DNA from: the human T2T-CHM13v2.0 reference genome, Homo sapiens
NCBI RefSeq assembly: GCF_009914755.1
Contig: NC_060935.1
Direction: 5' to 3' (one strand)
DNA: 64,000 bases
Position numbers and translations under genes: made by a program. Below, one piece after another: positions 26,700 through 41,500 of this stretch. Below the pieces are notes generated by a model, which was not told the DNA's origin, searched no databases, and saw only the letters and a list, made by a program, of their open reading frames with translations. The first letter of the stretch is position 1. Every line of letters begins with the position of its first letter.

Positions 26700-29600
26700 T
26701 GAGAAACTTCTTTGTGATGTTTGCATTCAACTCACAGAGTTGAACCTTGCTTTCATAGTTCAGCTTTCAAACACTCTTTTTGTAGAATCTGCAAGTGGAT
26801 ATTTGGACCACATTGTGGCCTTCCTTCGAAACGGGTATATCTTCCCATCAAACCTAGACAGAAGCATTCTCAGAATGTTTCCTGTGATGACTGCATTCAA
26901 CTCACAGAGGTGAACAATCCTGTTGATGGAGCACTTTTGAAACTCTCTTTCTTTGGATTCTGCAAGTAGATATGTGGACCTCTGTGAAGATTTCGTTGGA
27001 AACGGGTTCATCTTCACAGAAAAACTAAACAGAAGCATTCTCAGAAACTACTTTGTGATGTTTGTGTTCCACTTCAAGAATTGAACTTTCCTCTTGACAG
27101 AGCAGCTCTGAAACCCTCTTTTTCTAGAATCTGCAAGTGGACATTTGGAGGGCTTTGAGGCCTGTGGTGGAAAAGGAAAATCTTCACATAAAAACTAGAT
27201 GGAAGCATTCTCAGAAACTACTTTGTGATGATTGCATTCGACTCACAGAGTTGAACATTCCTATATATAGAGCAGGTTGTAAACAATCTTTTTGTAGAAT
27301 CTGCGATTGGAGATTTGGACTGCTTTGAGGCCTACTGTAGTAATGGTAATTACTTCATCTAAAAACCAAACGGAAGCATTCACAGACAATTCTTAGTGAT
27401 CATTGCATTGAACTAACAGAGCTGAACATTCCTTTAGATGGAGCAGTTTCCAAACACACTTTCTGTAGAACCTGCAAGTGGATATTTGGACCTCTCTGAG
27501 GATTTCGTTGGAAACGGGATAAACTTCCCAGAACTACACGGAAGCATTCTGAGAAACTTCTTTGTGATGTTTGCATTCAACTCACAGAGTTGAACCTTGC
27601 TTTCATAGTTCAGCTTTCAAACCCTCTTTTTGTAGAATCTGCAAGTGGATATTTGGACCACTTTGTGGCCTTCCTTCGAAACGGGTATATCTTCACATCA
27701 AACCTAGACAGAAGCATTCTCAGAATGTTTCCTGTGATGACTGCATTCAACTCACAGAGGTGAACAATCCTGCTGATGGAGGAGTTTTGAAACTCTCTTT
27801 CTTTGGATTCTGCAAGTGGATATGTGGACCTCTGTGAAGATTTCGTTGGAAACGGGTTCATCTTCACAGAAAAACTAAACAGAAGCATTCTCAGAAACTG
27901 CTTTGTGATGTTTGTGTTCCACTTCAGGAATTGAACTTTCCTCTTGACAGAGCAGCTCTGAAACCCTCTTATTCTAGAATCTGCAAGTGGACATTTGGAG
28001 GGCTTTGAGGCCTGTGGTGGAAAAGGAAAATCTTCACATAAAAACTAGATGGAAGCATTCTCAGAAACTACTTTGTGATGATTGCATTCGACTCACAGAG
28101 TTGAACATTCCTATAGATAGAGCAGGTTGTAATCAATCTTTTTCTAGAATCTGCTATTGGAGATTTGGACTGCTTTGAGGCCTACTGTAGTAAAGGAAAT
28201 AACTTCATCTAAAAACCAAACGGAAGCATTCACAGACAATTCTCAGTGATCATTGGATTGAACTAACAGAGCTGAACATTCCTTTAGATGGAGCAGTTTC
28301 CAAACAAACTTTCTGTAGAATCTGCAAGTGGATATTTGGACTTCTCTGAGAATTTCGTTGGAAAAGGGATAAACTTCCAGAACTACACGGAAGCATTGTG
28401 AGAAACTTCTTTGTGATGTTTGCATTCAACTCACAGAGTTGAACCTTGCTTTCATAGTTCAGCTTTCAAACACTCTTTTTGTAGAATCTGCAAGTGGATA
28501 TTTGGACCACTTTGTGGCCTTCCTTCGAAACGGGTATATCTTCACATCAAACCTAGACAGAAGCATTCTCAGAATGTTTCCTGTGATGACTGCATTCAAC
28601 TCACAGAGGTGAACAATCCTGCTGATGGAGCAGTTTTGAAACTCTCTTTCTTTGGATTCTGCATGTGGATATGTTGACCTCTGTGAAGATTTCGTTGGAA
28701 ACGGGTTCATCTTCACAGAAAAACTAAACAGGAGCATTCTCAGAAACTGCTTTGTGATGTTTGTGTTCCACTTCAAGAATTGAACTTTCCTCTTGACAGA
28801 GCAGCTCTGAAACCCTCTTTTTCTAGAATCTGCAAGTGGACATTTGGAAGGATTTGAGGCCTGTGGTGGAAAAGGAAAATCTTCACATAAAAACTAGATG
28901 GAAGCATTCTCAGAAACTACTTTGTGATGATTGCATTCGACTCACAGAGTTGAACATTCCTATAGATAGAGCAGGTTGTAAACAATCCTTTTGTAGAATC
29001 TGCGATTGGAGATTTGGACTGCTTTGAGGCCTACTGTAGTAAAGGAAATAACTTCATCTAAAAACCAAACGGAAGCATTTACAGACAATTCTTAGTGATC
29101 ATTGGATTGAACTAACAGAGCTGAACATTCCTTTAGATGGAGCAGTTTCCAAACCCACTTTCTGTAGAATCTGCAAGTGGATATTTGGACTTCTCTGAGG
29201 ATTTCTTTGGAAACGGGATAAACTTCCCAGAACTACAGGGAAGCATTGTGAGAAACTTCTTTGTGATGTTTGCATTCAACTCACAGAGTTGAACCTTGCT
29301 TTCATAGTTCAGCTTTCAAACACTCTTTTTGTAGAATCTGCAAGTGGATATTTGGACCACTTTGTGGCCTTCCTTCGAAACGGGTATATCTTCACATCAA
29401 ACCTAGACAGAAGCATTCTCAGAATGTTTCCTGTGATGACTGCATTCAACTCACAGAGGTGAACAATCCTGTTGATGGAGCACTTTTGAAACTCTCTTTC
29501 TTTGGATTCTGCAAGTAGATATGTGGACCTCTGTGAAGATTTCGTTGGAAACGGGTTCATCTTCACAGAAAAACTAAACAGAAGCATTCTCAGAAACTAC

Positions 29601-32600
29601 TTTGTGATGTTTGTGTTCCACTTCAAGAATTGAACTTTCCTCTTGACAGAGCAGCTCTGAAACCCTCTTTTTCTAGAATCTGCAAGTGGACATTTGGAGG
29701 GCTTTGAGGCCTGTGGTGGAAAAGGAAAATCTTCACATAAAAACTAGATGGAAGCATTCTCAGAAACTACTTTGTGATGATTGCATTCGACTCACAGAGT
29801 TGAACATTCCTATAGATAGAGCAGGTTGTAAACAATCTTTTTGTAGAATCTGCGATTGGAGATTTGGACTGCTTTGAGGCCTACTGTAGTAATGGAAATT
29901 ACTTCATCTAAAAACCAAACGGAAGCATTCACAGACAATTCTTAGTGATCATTGCATTGAACTAACAGAGCTGAACATTCCTTTAGATGGAGCAGTTTCC
30001 AAACACACTTTCTGTAGAACCTGCAAGTGGATATTTGGACCTCTCTGAGGATTTCGTTGGAAACGGGATAAACTTCCCAGAACTACACGGAAGCATTGTG
30101 AGAAACTTCTTTGTGATGTTTGCATTCAACTCACAGAGTTGAACCTTGCTTTCATAGTTCAGCTTTCAAACACTCTTTTTGTAGAATCTGCAAGTGGATA
30201 TTTGGACCACTTTGTGGCCTTCCTTCGAAACGGGTATATCTTCACATCAAACCTAGACAGAAGCATTCTCAGAATGTTTCCTGTGATGACTGCATTCAAC
30301 TCACAGAGGTGAACAATCCTGCTGATGGAGCAGTTTTGAACCTCTCTTTCTTTGGATTCTGCAAGTGGATATGTGTACCACTGTGAAGATTTCGTTGGAA
30401 ACGGGTTCATCTTCACAGAAAAACTAAACAGAAGCATTCTCAGAAACTGCTTTGTGATGTTTGTGTTCCACTTCAGGAATTGAACTTTCCTCTTGACAGA
30501 GCAGCTCTGAAACCCTCTTATTCTAGAATCTGCAAGTGGACATTTGGAGGGCTTTGAGGCCTGTGGTGGAAAAGGAAAATCTTCACATAAAAACTAGATG
30601 GAAGCATTCTCAGAAACTACTTTGTGATGATTGCATTCGACTCACAGAGTTGAACATTCCTATAGATAGAGCAGGTTGTAAACAATCTTTTTGTAGAATC
30701 TGCGATTGGAGATTTGGACTGTTTTGAGGCCTACTGTAGTAAAGGAAATAACTTCATCTAAAAACCAAACGGAAGCATTCACAGACAATTCTTAGTGATC
30801 ATTGCATTGAACTAACAGAGCTGAACATTCCTTTACATGGCGCAGTTTCCAAACACACTTTCTGTAGAATCTGCAAGTGGATATTTGGACCTCTCTGAGG
30901 ATTTCGTTGGAAACGGGATAAACTTCCCAGAACTACACGGAAGCATTGTGACAAACTTCTTTGTGATGTTTGCATTCAACTCACAGAGTTGAACCTTGCT
31001 TTCATAGTTCAGCTTTCAAACCCTCTTTTTGTAGAATCTGCAAGTGGATATTTGGACCACTTTGTGGCCTTCCTTCGAAACGGATATATCTTCACATCAA
31101 ACCTAGACAGAAGCATTCTCAGAATGTTTCCTGTCATGACTGCATTCAACTCCCTGAGGTGAACAATCCTGCTGATGGAGCAGTTTTGAACCTCTCTTTC
31201 TTTGGATTCTGCAAGTGGATATGTGTACCACTGTGAAGATTTCGTTGGAAACAGGTTCATCTTCACAGAAAAACTAAACAGAAGCATTCTCAGAAACTGC
31301 TTTGTGATGTTTGTGTTCCACTTCAGGAATTGAACTTTCCTCTTGACAGAGCAGCTCTGAAACCCTCTTTTTCTAGAATCTGCAAGTGGACATTTGGAGG
31401 GCTTTGAGGCCTGTGGTGGAAAAGGAAAATCTTCACATAAAAACTTTATGGAAGCATTCTCAGAAACTTCTTTGTGATCATTGCATTCGACTCACAGAGT
31501 TGAACATTCCTATAGATAGAGCAGGTTGTAAACAATCTTTTTGTAGAATCTGCGATTGGAGATTTGGACTGCTTTGAGGCCTACTGTAGTAAAGGAAATA
31601 ACTTCATCTAAAAACCAAACGGAAGCATTCACAGACAATTCTTAGTGATCATTGGATTGAACTAACAGAGCTGAACATTCCTTTAGATGGAGCAGTTTCC
31701 AAACACACTTTCTGTAGAATCTGCAAGTGGATATTTGGACTTCTCTGAGGATTTCGTTGGAAACGGGATAAACTTCCCAGAACTACACGGAAGCATTGTG
31801 AGAAACTTCTTTGTGATGTTTGCATTCAACTCACAGAGTTGAACCTTGCTTTCATAGTTCAGCTTTCAAACACTCTTTTTGTAGAATCTGCAAGTGGATA
31901 TTTGGACCACATTGTGGCCTTCCTTCGAAACGGGTATATCTTCCCATGAAACCTAGACAGAAGCATTCTCAGAATGTTTCCTGTGATGACTGCATTCAAC
32001 TCACAGAGGTGAACAATCCTGTTGATGGAGCACTTTTGAAACTCTCTTTCTTTGGATTCTGCAAGTAGATATGTGGACCTCTGTGAAGATTTCGTTGGAA
32101 ACGGGTTCATCTTCACAGAAAAACTAAACAGAAGCATTCTCAGAAACTACTTTGTGATGTTTGTGTTCCACTTCAAGAATTGAACTTTCCTCTTGACAGA
32201 GCAGCTCTGAAACCCTCTTTTTCTAGAATCTGCAAGTGGACATTTGGAGGGCTTTGAGGCCTGTGGTGGAAAAGGAAAATCTTCACATAAAAACTAGATG
32301 GAAGCATTCTCAGAAACTACTTTGTGATGATTGCATTCGACTCACAGAGTTGAACATTCCTATAGATAGAGCAGGTTGTAAACAATCTTTTTGTAGAATC
32401 TGCGATTGGAGATTTGGACTGCTTTGAGGCCTACTGTAGTAATGGTAATTACTTCATCTAAAAACCAAACGGAAGCATTCACAGACAATTCTTAGTGATC
32501 ATTGCATTGAACTAACAGAGCTGAACATTCCTTTAGATGGAGCAGTTTCCAAACACACTTTCTGTAGAACCTGCAAGTGGATATTTGGACCTCTCTGAGG

Positions 32601-35600
32601 ATTTCGTTGGAAACGGGATAAACTTCCCAGAACTACACGGAAGCATTCTGAGAAACTTCTTTGTGATGTTTGCATTCAACTCACAGAGTTGAACCTTGCT
32701 TTCATAGTTCAGCTTTCAAACCCTCTTTTTGTAGAATCTGCAAGTGGATATTTGGACCACTTTGTGGCCTTCCTTCGAAACGGGTATATCTTCACATCAA
32801 ACCTAGACAGAAGCATTCTCAGAATGTTTCCTGTGATGACTGCATTCAACTCACAGAGGTGAACAATCCTGCTGATGGAGGAGTTTTGAAACTCTCTTTC
32901 TTTGGATTCTGCAAGTGGATATGTGGACCTCTGTGAAGATTTCGTTGGAAACGGGTTCATCTTCACAGAAAAACTAAACAGAAGCATTCTCAGAAACTGC
33001 TTTGTGATGTTTGTGTTCCACTTCAGGAATTGAACTTTCCTCTTGACAGAGCAGCTCTGAAACCCTCTTATTCTAGAATCTGCAAGTGGACATTTGGAGG
33101 GCTTTGAGGCCTGTGGTGGAAAAGGAAAATCTTCACATAAAAACTAGATGGAAGCATTCTCAGAAACTACTTTGTGATGATTGCATTCGACTCACAGAGT
33201 TGAACATTCCTATAGATAGAGCAGGTTGTAATCAATCTTTTTCTAGAATCTGCTATTGGAGATTTGGACTGCTTTGAGGCCTACTGTAGTAAAGGAAATA
33301 ACTTCATCTAAAAACCAAACGGAAGCATTCACAGACAATTCTCAGTGATCATTGGATTGAACTAACAGAGCTGAACATTCCTTTAGATGGAGCAGTTTCC
33401 AAACAAACTTTCTGTAGAATCTGCAAGTGGATATTTGGACTTCTCTGAGAATTTCGTTGGAAAAGGGATAAACTTCCAGAACTACACGGAAGCATTGTGA
33501 GAAACTTCTTTGTGATGTTTGCATTCAACTCACAGAGTTGAACCTTGCTTTCATAGTTCAGCTTTCAAACACTCTTTTTGTAGAATCTGCAAGTGGATAT
33601 TTGGACCACTTTGTGGCCTTCCTTCGAAACGGGTATATCTTCACATCAAACCTAGACAGAAGCATTCTCAGAATGTTTCCTGTGATGACTGCATTCAACT
33701 CACAGAGGTGAACAATCCTGCTGATGGAGCAGTTTTGAAACTCTCTTTCTTTGGATTCTGCATGTGGATATGTTGACCTCTGTGAAGATTTCGTTGGAAA
33801 CGGGTTCATCTTCACAGAAAAACTAAACAGGAGCATTCTCAGAAACTGCTTTGTGATGTTTGTGTTCCACTTCAAGAATTGAACTTTCCTCTTGACAGAG
33901 CAGCTCTGAAACCCTCTTTTTCTAGAATCTGCAAGTGGACATTTGGAAGGATTTGAGGCCTGTGGTGGAAAAGGAAAATCTTCACATAAAAACTAGATGG
34001 AAGCATTCTCAGAAACTACTTTGTGATGATTGCATTCGACTCACAGAGTTGAACATTCCTATAGATAGAGCAGGTTGTAAACAATCCTTTTGTAGAATCT
34101 GCGATTGGAGATTTGGACTGCTTTGAGGCCTACTGTAGTAAAGGAAATAACTTCATCTAAAAACCAAACGGAAGCATTTACAGACAATTCTTAGTGATCA
34201 TTGGATTGAACTAACAGAGCTGAACATTCCTTTAGATGGAGCAGTTTCCAAACCCACTTTCTGTAGAATCTGCAAGTGGATATTTGGACTTCTCTGAGGA
34301 TTTCTTTGGAAACGGGATAAACTTCCCAGAACTACAGGGAAGCATTGTGAGAAACTTCTTTGTGATGTTTGCATTCAACTCACAGAGTTGAACCTTGCTT
34401 TCATAGTTCAGCTTTCAAACACTCTTTTTGTAGAATCTGCAAGTGGATATTTGGACCACTTTGTGGCCTTCCTTCGAAACGGGTATATCTTCACATCAAA
34501 CCTAGACAGAAGCATTCTCAGAATGTTTCCTGTGATGACTGCATTCAACTCACAGAGGTGAACAATCCTGTTGATGGAGCACTTTTGAAACTCTCTTTCT
34601 TTGGATTCTGCAAGTAGATATGTGGACCTCTGTGAAGATTTCGTTGGAAACGGGTTCATCTTCACAGAAAAACTAAACAGAAGCATTCTCAGAAACTACT
34701 TTGTGATGTTTGTGTTCCACTTCAAGAATTGAACTTTCCTCTTGACAGAGCAGCTCTGAAACCCTCTTTTTCTAGAATCTGCAAGTGGACATTTGGAGGG
34801 CTTTGAGGCCTGTGGTGGAAAAGGAAAATCTTCACATAAAAACTAGATGGAAGCATTCTCAGAAACTACTTTGTGATGATTGCATTCGACTCACAGAGTT
34901 GAACATTCCTATAGATAGAGCAGGTTGTAAACAATCTTTTTGTAGAATCTGCGATTGGAGATTTGGACTGCTTTGAGGCCTACTGTAGTAATGGAAATTA
35001 CTTCATCTAAAAACCAAACGGAAGCATTCACAGACAATTCTTAGTGATCATTGCATTGAACTAACAGAGCTGAACATTCCTTTAGATGGAGCAGTTTCCA
35101 AACACACTTTCTGTAGAACCTGCAAGTGGATATTTGGACCTCTCTGAGGATTTCGTTGGAAACGGGATAAACTTCCCAGAACTACACGGAAGCATTGTGA
35201 GAAACTTCTTTGTGATGTTTGCATTCAACTCACAGAGTTGAACCTTGCTTTCATAGTTCAGCTTTCAAACACTCTTTTTGTAGAATCTGCAAGTGGATAT
35301 TTGGACCACTTTGTGGCCTTCCTTCGAAACGGGTATATCTTCACATCAAACCTAGACAGAAGCATTCTCAGAATGTTTCCTGTGATGACTGCATTCAACT
35401 CACAGAGGTGAACAATCCTGCTGATGGAGCAGTTTTGAACCTCTCTTTCTTTGGATTCTGCAAGTGGATATGTGTACCACTGTGAAGATTTCGTTGGAAA
35501 CGGGTTCATCTTCACAGAAAAACTAAACAGAAGCATTCTCAGAAACTGCTTTGTGATGTTTGTGTTCCACTTCAGGAATTGAACTTTCCTCTTGACAGAG

Positions 35601-37540
35601 CAGCTCTGAAACCCTCTTATTCTAGAATCTGCAAGTGGACATTTGGAGGGCTTTGAGGCCTGTGGTGGAAAAGGAAAATCTTCACATAAAAACTAGATGG
35701 AAGCATTCTCAGAAACTACTTTGTGATGATTGCATTCGACTCACAGAGTTGAACATTCCTATAGATAGAGCAGGTTGTAAACAATCTTTTTGTAGAATCT
35801 GCGATTGGAGATTTGGACTGCTTTGAGGCCTACTGTAGTAAAGGAAATAACTTCATCTAAAAACCAAACGGAAGCATTCACAGACAATTCTTAGTGATCA
35901 TTGCATTGAACTAACAGAGCTGAACATTCCTTTACATGGCGCAGTTTCCAAACACACTTTCTGTAGAATCTGCAAGTGGATATTTGGACCTCTCTGAGGA
36001 TTTCGTTGGAAACGGGATAAACTTCCCAGAACTACACGGAAGCATTGTGACAAACTTCTTTGTGATGTTTGCATTCAACTCACAGAGTTGAACCTTGCTT
36101 TCATAGTTCAGCTTTCAAACCCTCTTTTTGTAGAATCTGCAAGTGGATATTTGGACCACTTTGTGGCCTTCCTTCGAAACGGATATATCTTCACATCAAA
36201 CCTAGACAGAAGCATTCTCAGAATGTTTCCTGTCATGACTGCATTCAACTCCCTGAGGTGAACAATCCTGCTGATGGAGCAGTTTTGAACCTCTCTTTCT
36301 TTGGATTCTGCAAGTGGATATGTGTACCACTGTGAAGATTTCGTTGGAAACAGGTTCATCTTCACAGAAAAACTAAACAGAAGCATTCTCAGAAACTGCT
36401 TTGTGATGTTTGTGTTCCACTTCAGGAATTGAACTTTCCTCTTGACAGAGCAGCTCTGAAACCCTCTTTTTCTAGAATCTGCAAGTGGACATTTGGAGGG
36501 CTTTGAGGCCTGTGGTGGAAAAGGAAAATCTTCACATAAAAACTTTATGGAAGCATTCTCAGAAACTTCTTTGTGATCATTGCATTCGACTCACAGAGTT
36601 GAACATTCCTATAGATAGAGCAGGTTGTAAACAATCTTTTTGTAGAATCTGCGATTGGAGATTTGGACTGCTTTGAGGCCTACTGTAGTAAAGGAAATAA
36701 CTTCATCTAAAAACCAAACGGAAGCATTCACAGACAATTCTTAGTGATCATTGGATTGAACTAACAGAGCTGAACATTCCTTTAGATGGAGCAGTTTCCA
36801 AACACACTTTCTGTAGAATCTGCAAGTGGATATTTGGACTTCTCTGAGAATTTCGTTGGAAAAGGGATAAACTTCCCAGAACTACACGGAAGCATTGTGA
36901 GAAACTTCTTTGTGATGTTTGCATTCAACTCACAGAGTTGAACCTTGCTTTCATAGTTCAGCTTTCAAACACTCTTTTTGTAGAATCTGCAAGTGGATAT
37001 TTGGACCACATTGTGGCCTTCCTTCGAAACGGGTATATCTTCCCATCAAACCTAGACAGAAGCATTCTCAGAATGTTTCCTGTGATGACTGCATTCAACT
37101 CACAGAGGTGAACAATCCTGTTGATGGAGCACTTTTGAAACTCTCTTTCTTTGGATTCTGCAAGTAGATATGTGGACCTCTGTGAAGATTTCGTTGGAAA
37201 CGGGTTCATCTTCACAGAAAAACTAAACAGAAGCATTCTCAGAAACTACTTTGTGATGTTTGTGTTCCACTTCAAGAATTGAACTTTCCTCTTGACAGAG
37301 CAGCTCTGAAACCCTCTTTTTCTAGAATCTGCAAGTGGACATTTGGAGGGCTTTGAGGCCTGTGGTGGAAAAGGAAAATCTTCACATAAAAACTAGATGG
37401 AAGCATTCTCAGAAACTACTTTGTGATGATTGCATTCGACTCACAGAGTTGAACATTCCTATAGATAGAGCAGGTTGTAAACAATCTTTTTGTAGAATCT
37501 GCGATTGGAGATTTGGACTGCTTTGAGGCCTACTGTAGTA
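26700..37540 (+). repeat. Tandem duplication of a 6-HOR block, period 5,099 bp
   Basis: Anchor pairs 27571/32670, 28420/33519, 29270/34369, 30120/35219 and 30970/36069 share private alleles. These include gtaatcaatc, aaacaaactt, the aacttccaga deletion, ttctttgg, tgtgacaaac and aaacaggttc. Confidence 0.92.
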
Positions 37541-38578
37541 ATGGAAATTACTTCATCTAAAAACCAAACGGAAGCATTCACAGACAATTCTTAGTGATCA
37601 TTGCATTGAACTAACAGAGCTGAACATTCCTTTAGATGGAGCAGTTTCCAAACACACTTTCTGTAGAATCTGCAAGTGGATATTTGGACCTCTCTGAGGA
37701 TTTCGTTGGAAACGGGATAAACTTCCCAGAACTACACGGAAGCATTGTGAGAAACTTCTTTGTGATGTTTGCATTCAACTCACAGAGTTGAACCTTGCTT
37801 TCATAGTTCAGCTTTCAAACACTCTTTTTGTAGAATCTGCAAGTGGATATTTGGACCACTTTGTGGCCTTCCTTCGAAACGGGTATATCTTCACATCAAA
37901 CCTAGACAGAAGCATTCTCAGAATGTTTCCTGTGATGACTGCATTCAACTCACAGAGGTGAACAATCCTGCTGATGGAGCAGTTTTGAAACTCTCTTTCT
38001 TTGCATTCTGCAAGTGGATATGGGGACCTCTGTGAAGATTTCGTTGGAAACGGGTTCATCTTCACAGAAAAACTAAACAGAAGCATTCTCAGAAACTGCT
38101 TTGTGATGTTTGTGTTCCACTTCAGGAATTGAACTTTCCTCTTGACAGAGCAGCTCTGAAACCCTCTTTTTCTAGAATCTGCAAGTGGACATTTGGAGGG
38201 CTTTGAGGCCTGTGGTGGAAAAGGAAAATCTTCACATAAAAACTTTATGGAAGCATTCTCAGAAACTTCTTTGTGATCATTGCATTCGACTCACAGAGTT
38301 GAACATTCCTATAGATAGAGCAGGTTGTAAACAATCTTTTTGTAGAATCTGCGATTGGAGATTTGGACTGCTTTGAGGCCTACTGTAGTAAAGGAAATAA
38401 CTTCATCTAAAAACCAATCGGAAGCATTCACAGACAATTCTTAGTGATCATTGGATTGAACTAACAGAGCTGAACATTCCTTTAGATGGAGCAGTTTCCA
38501 AACACACTTTCTGTAGAATCTGTAAGTGGATATTTGGACTTCTCTGAGGATTTCGTTGGAAACGGGATAAACTTCCCA

Positions 38579-41500
38579 GAACTACACGGAAGCATTGTGA
38601 GAAACTTCTTTGTGATGTTTGCATTCAACTCACAGAGTTGAACCTTGCTTTCATAGTTCAGCTTTCAAACACTCTTTTTGTAGAATCTGCAAGTGGATAT
38701 TTGGACCACTTTGTGGCCTTCCTTCGAAACGGGTATATCTTCCCATCAAACCTTGACAGAAGCATTCTCAGAATGTTTCCTGTGATGACTGCATTCAACT
38801 CACAGAGGTGAACAATCCTGTTGATGGAGCACTTTTGAAACTCTCTTTCTTTGGATTCTGCAAGTAGATATGTGGACCTCTGTGAAGATTTCGTTGGAAA
38901 CGGGTTCATCTTCACAGAAAAACTAAACAGAAGCATTCTCAGAAACTACTTTGTGATGTTTGTGTTCCACTTCAAGAATTGAACTTTCCTCTTGACAGAG
39001 CAGCTCTGAAACCCTCTTTTTCTAGAATCTGCAAGTGGACATTTGGAAGGCTTTGAGGCCTGTGGTGGAAAAGGAAAATCTTCACATAAAAACTAGATGG
39101 AAGCATTCTCAGAAACTACTTTGTGATGATTGCATTCGACTCACAGAGTTGAACATTCCTATAGATAGAGCAGGTTGTAAACAATCTTTTTGTAGAATCT
39201 GCGATTGGAGATTTGGACTGCTTTGAGGCCTACTGTAGTAATGGAAATTACTTCATCTAAAAACCAAACGGAAGCATTCACAGACAATTCTTAGTGATCA
39301 TTGCATTGAACTAACAGAGCTGAACATTCCTTTAGATGGAGCAGTTTCCAAACACACTTTCTGTAGAACCTGCAAGTGGATATTTGGACCTCTCTGAGGA
39401 TTTCGTTGGAAACGGGATAAACTTCCCAGAACTACACGGAAGCATTGTGAGAAACTTCTTTGTGATGTTTGCATTCAACTCACAGAGTTGAACCTTGCTT
39501 TCATAGTTCAGCTTTCAAACACTCTTTTTGTAGAATCTGCAAGTGGATATTTGGACCACTTTGTGGCCTTCCTTCGAAACGGGTATATCTTCACATCAAA
39601 CCTAGACAGAAGCATTCTCAGAATGTTTCCTGTGATGACTGCATTCAACTCACAGAGGTGAACAATCCTGCTGATGGAGCAGTTTTGAAACTCTCTTTCT
39701 TTGGATTCTGCAAGTGGATATGGGGACCTCTGTGAAGATTTCGTTGGAAACGGGTTCATCTTCACAAAAAAACTAAACAGAAACATTCTCACAAACTACT
39801 TTGTGATGTTTGTGTTCCACTTCAGGAATTGAACTTTCCTCTTGACAGAGCAGCTCTGAAACCCTCTTATTCTAGAATCTGCAAGTGGACATTTGGAGGG
39901 CTTTGAGGCCTGTGGTGGAAAAGGAAAATCTTCACATAAAAACTAGATGGAAGCATTCTCAGAAACTACTTTGTGATGATTGCATTCGACTCACAGAGTT
40001 GAACATTCCTATAGATAGAGCAGGTTGTAAACAATCTTTTTGTAGAATCTGCGATTGGAGATTTGGACTGCTTTGAGGCCTACTGTAGTAAAGGAAATAA
40101 CTTCATCTAAAAACCAAACGGAAGCATTCACAGACAATTCTTAGTGATCATTGCATTGAACTAACAGAGCTGAACATTCCTTTAGATGGAGCAGTTTCCA
40201 AACACACTTTCTGTAGAACCTGCAAGTGGATATTTGGACCTCTCTGAGGATTTCGTTGGAAACGGGATAAACTTCCCGGAACTACACGGAAGCATTGTGA
40301 GAAACTTCTTTGTGATGTTTGCATTCAACTCACAGAGTTGAACCTTGCTTTCATAGTTCAGCTTTCAAACACTCTTTTTGTAGAATCTGCAAGTGGATAT
40401 TTGGACCACTTTGTGGCCTTCCTTCGAAACGGGTATATCTTCCCATCAAACCTTGACAGAAGCATTCTCAGAATGTTTCCTGTGATGACTGCATTCAACT
40501 CACAGAGGTGAACAATCCTGTTGATGGAGCACTTTTGAAACTCTCTTTCTTTGGATTCTGCAAGTAGATATGTGGACCTCTGTGAAGATTTCGTTGGAAA
40601 CGGGTTCATCTTCACAGAAAAACTAAACAGAAGCATTCTCAGAAACTACTTTGTGATGTTTGTGTTCCACTTCAAGAATTGAACTTTCCTCTTGACAGAG
40701 CAGCTCTGAAACCCTCTTTTTCTAGAATCTGCAAGTGGACATTTGGAAGGCTTTGAGGCCTGTGGTGGAAAAGGAAAATCTTCACATAAAAACTAGATGG
40801 AAGCATTCTCAGAAACTACTTTGTGATGATTGCATTCGACTCACAGAGTTGAACATTCCTATAGATAGAGCAGGTTGTAAACAATCTTTTTGTAGAATCT
40901 GCGATTGGAGATTTGGACTGCTTTGAGGCCTACTGTAGTAATGGAAATTACTTCATCTAAAAACCAAACGGAAGCATTCACAGACAATTCTTAGTGATCA
41001 TTGCATTGAACTAACAGAGCTGAACATTCCTTTAGATGGAGCAGTTTCCAAACACACTTTCTGTAGAACCTGCAAGTGGATATTTGGACCTCTCTGAGGA
41101 TTTCGTTGGAAACGGGATAAACTTCCCAGAACTACACGGAAGCATTGTGAGAAACTTCTTTGTGATGTTTGCATTCAACTCACAGAGTTGAACCTTGCTT
41201 TCATAGTTCAGCTTTCAAACACTCTTTTTGTAGAATCTGCAAGTGGATATTTGGACCACTTTGTGGCCTTCCTTCGAAACGGGTATATCTTCACATCAAA
41301 CCTAGACAGAAGCATTCTCAGAATGTTTCCTGTGATGACTGCATTCAACTCACAGAGGTGAACAATCCTGCTGATGGAGCAGTTTTGAAACTCTCTTTCT
41401 TTGGATTCTGCAAGTGGATATGGGGACCTCTGTGAAGATTTCGTTGGAAACGGGTTCATCTTCACAAAAAAACTAAACAGAAACATTCTCACAAACTACT

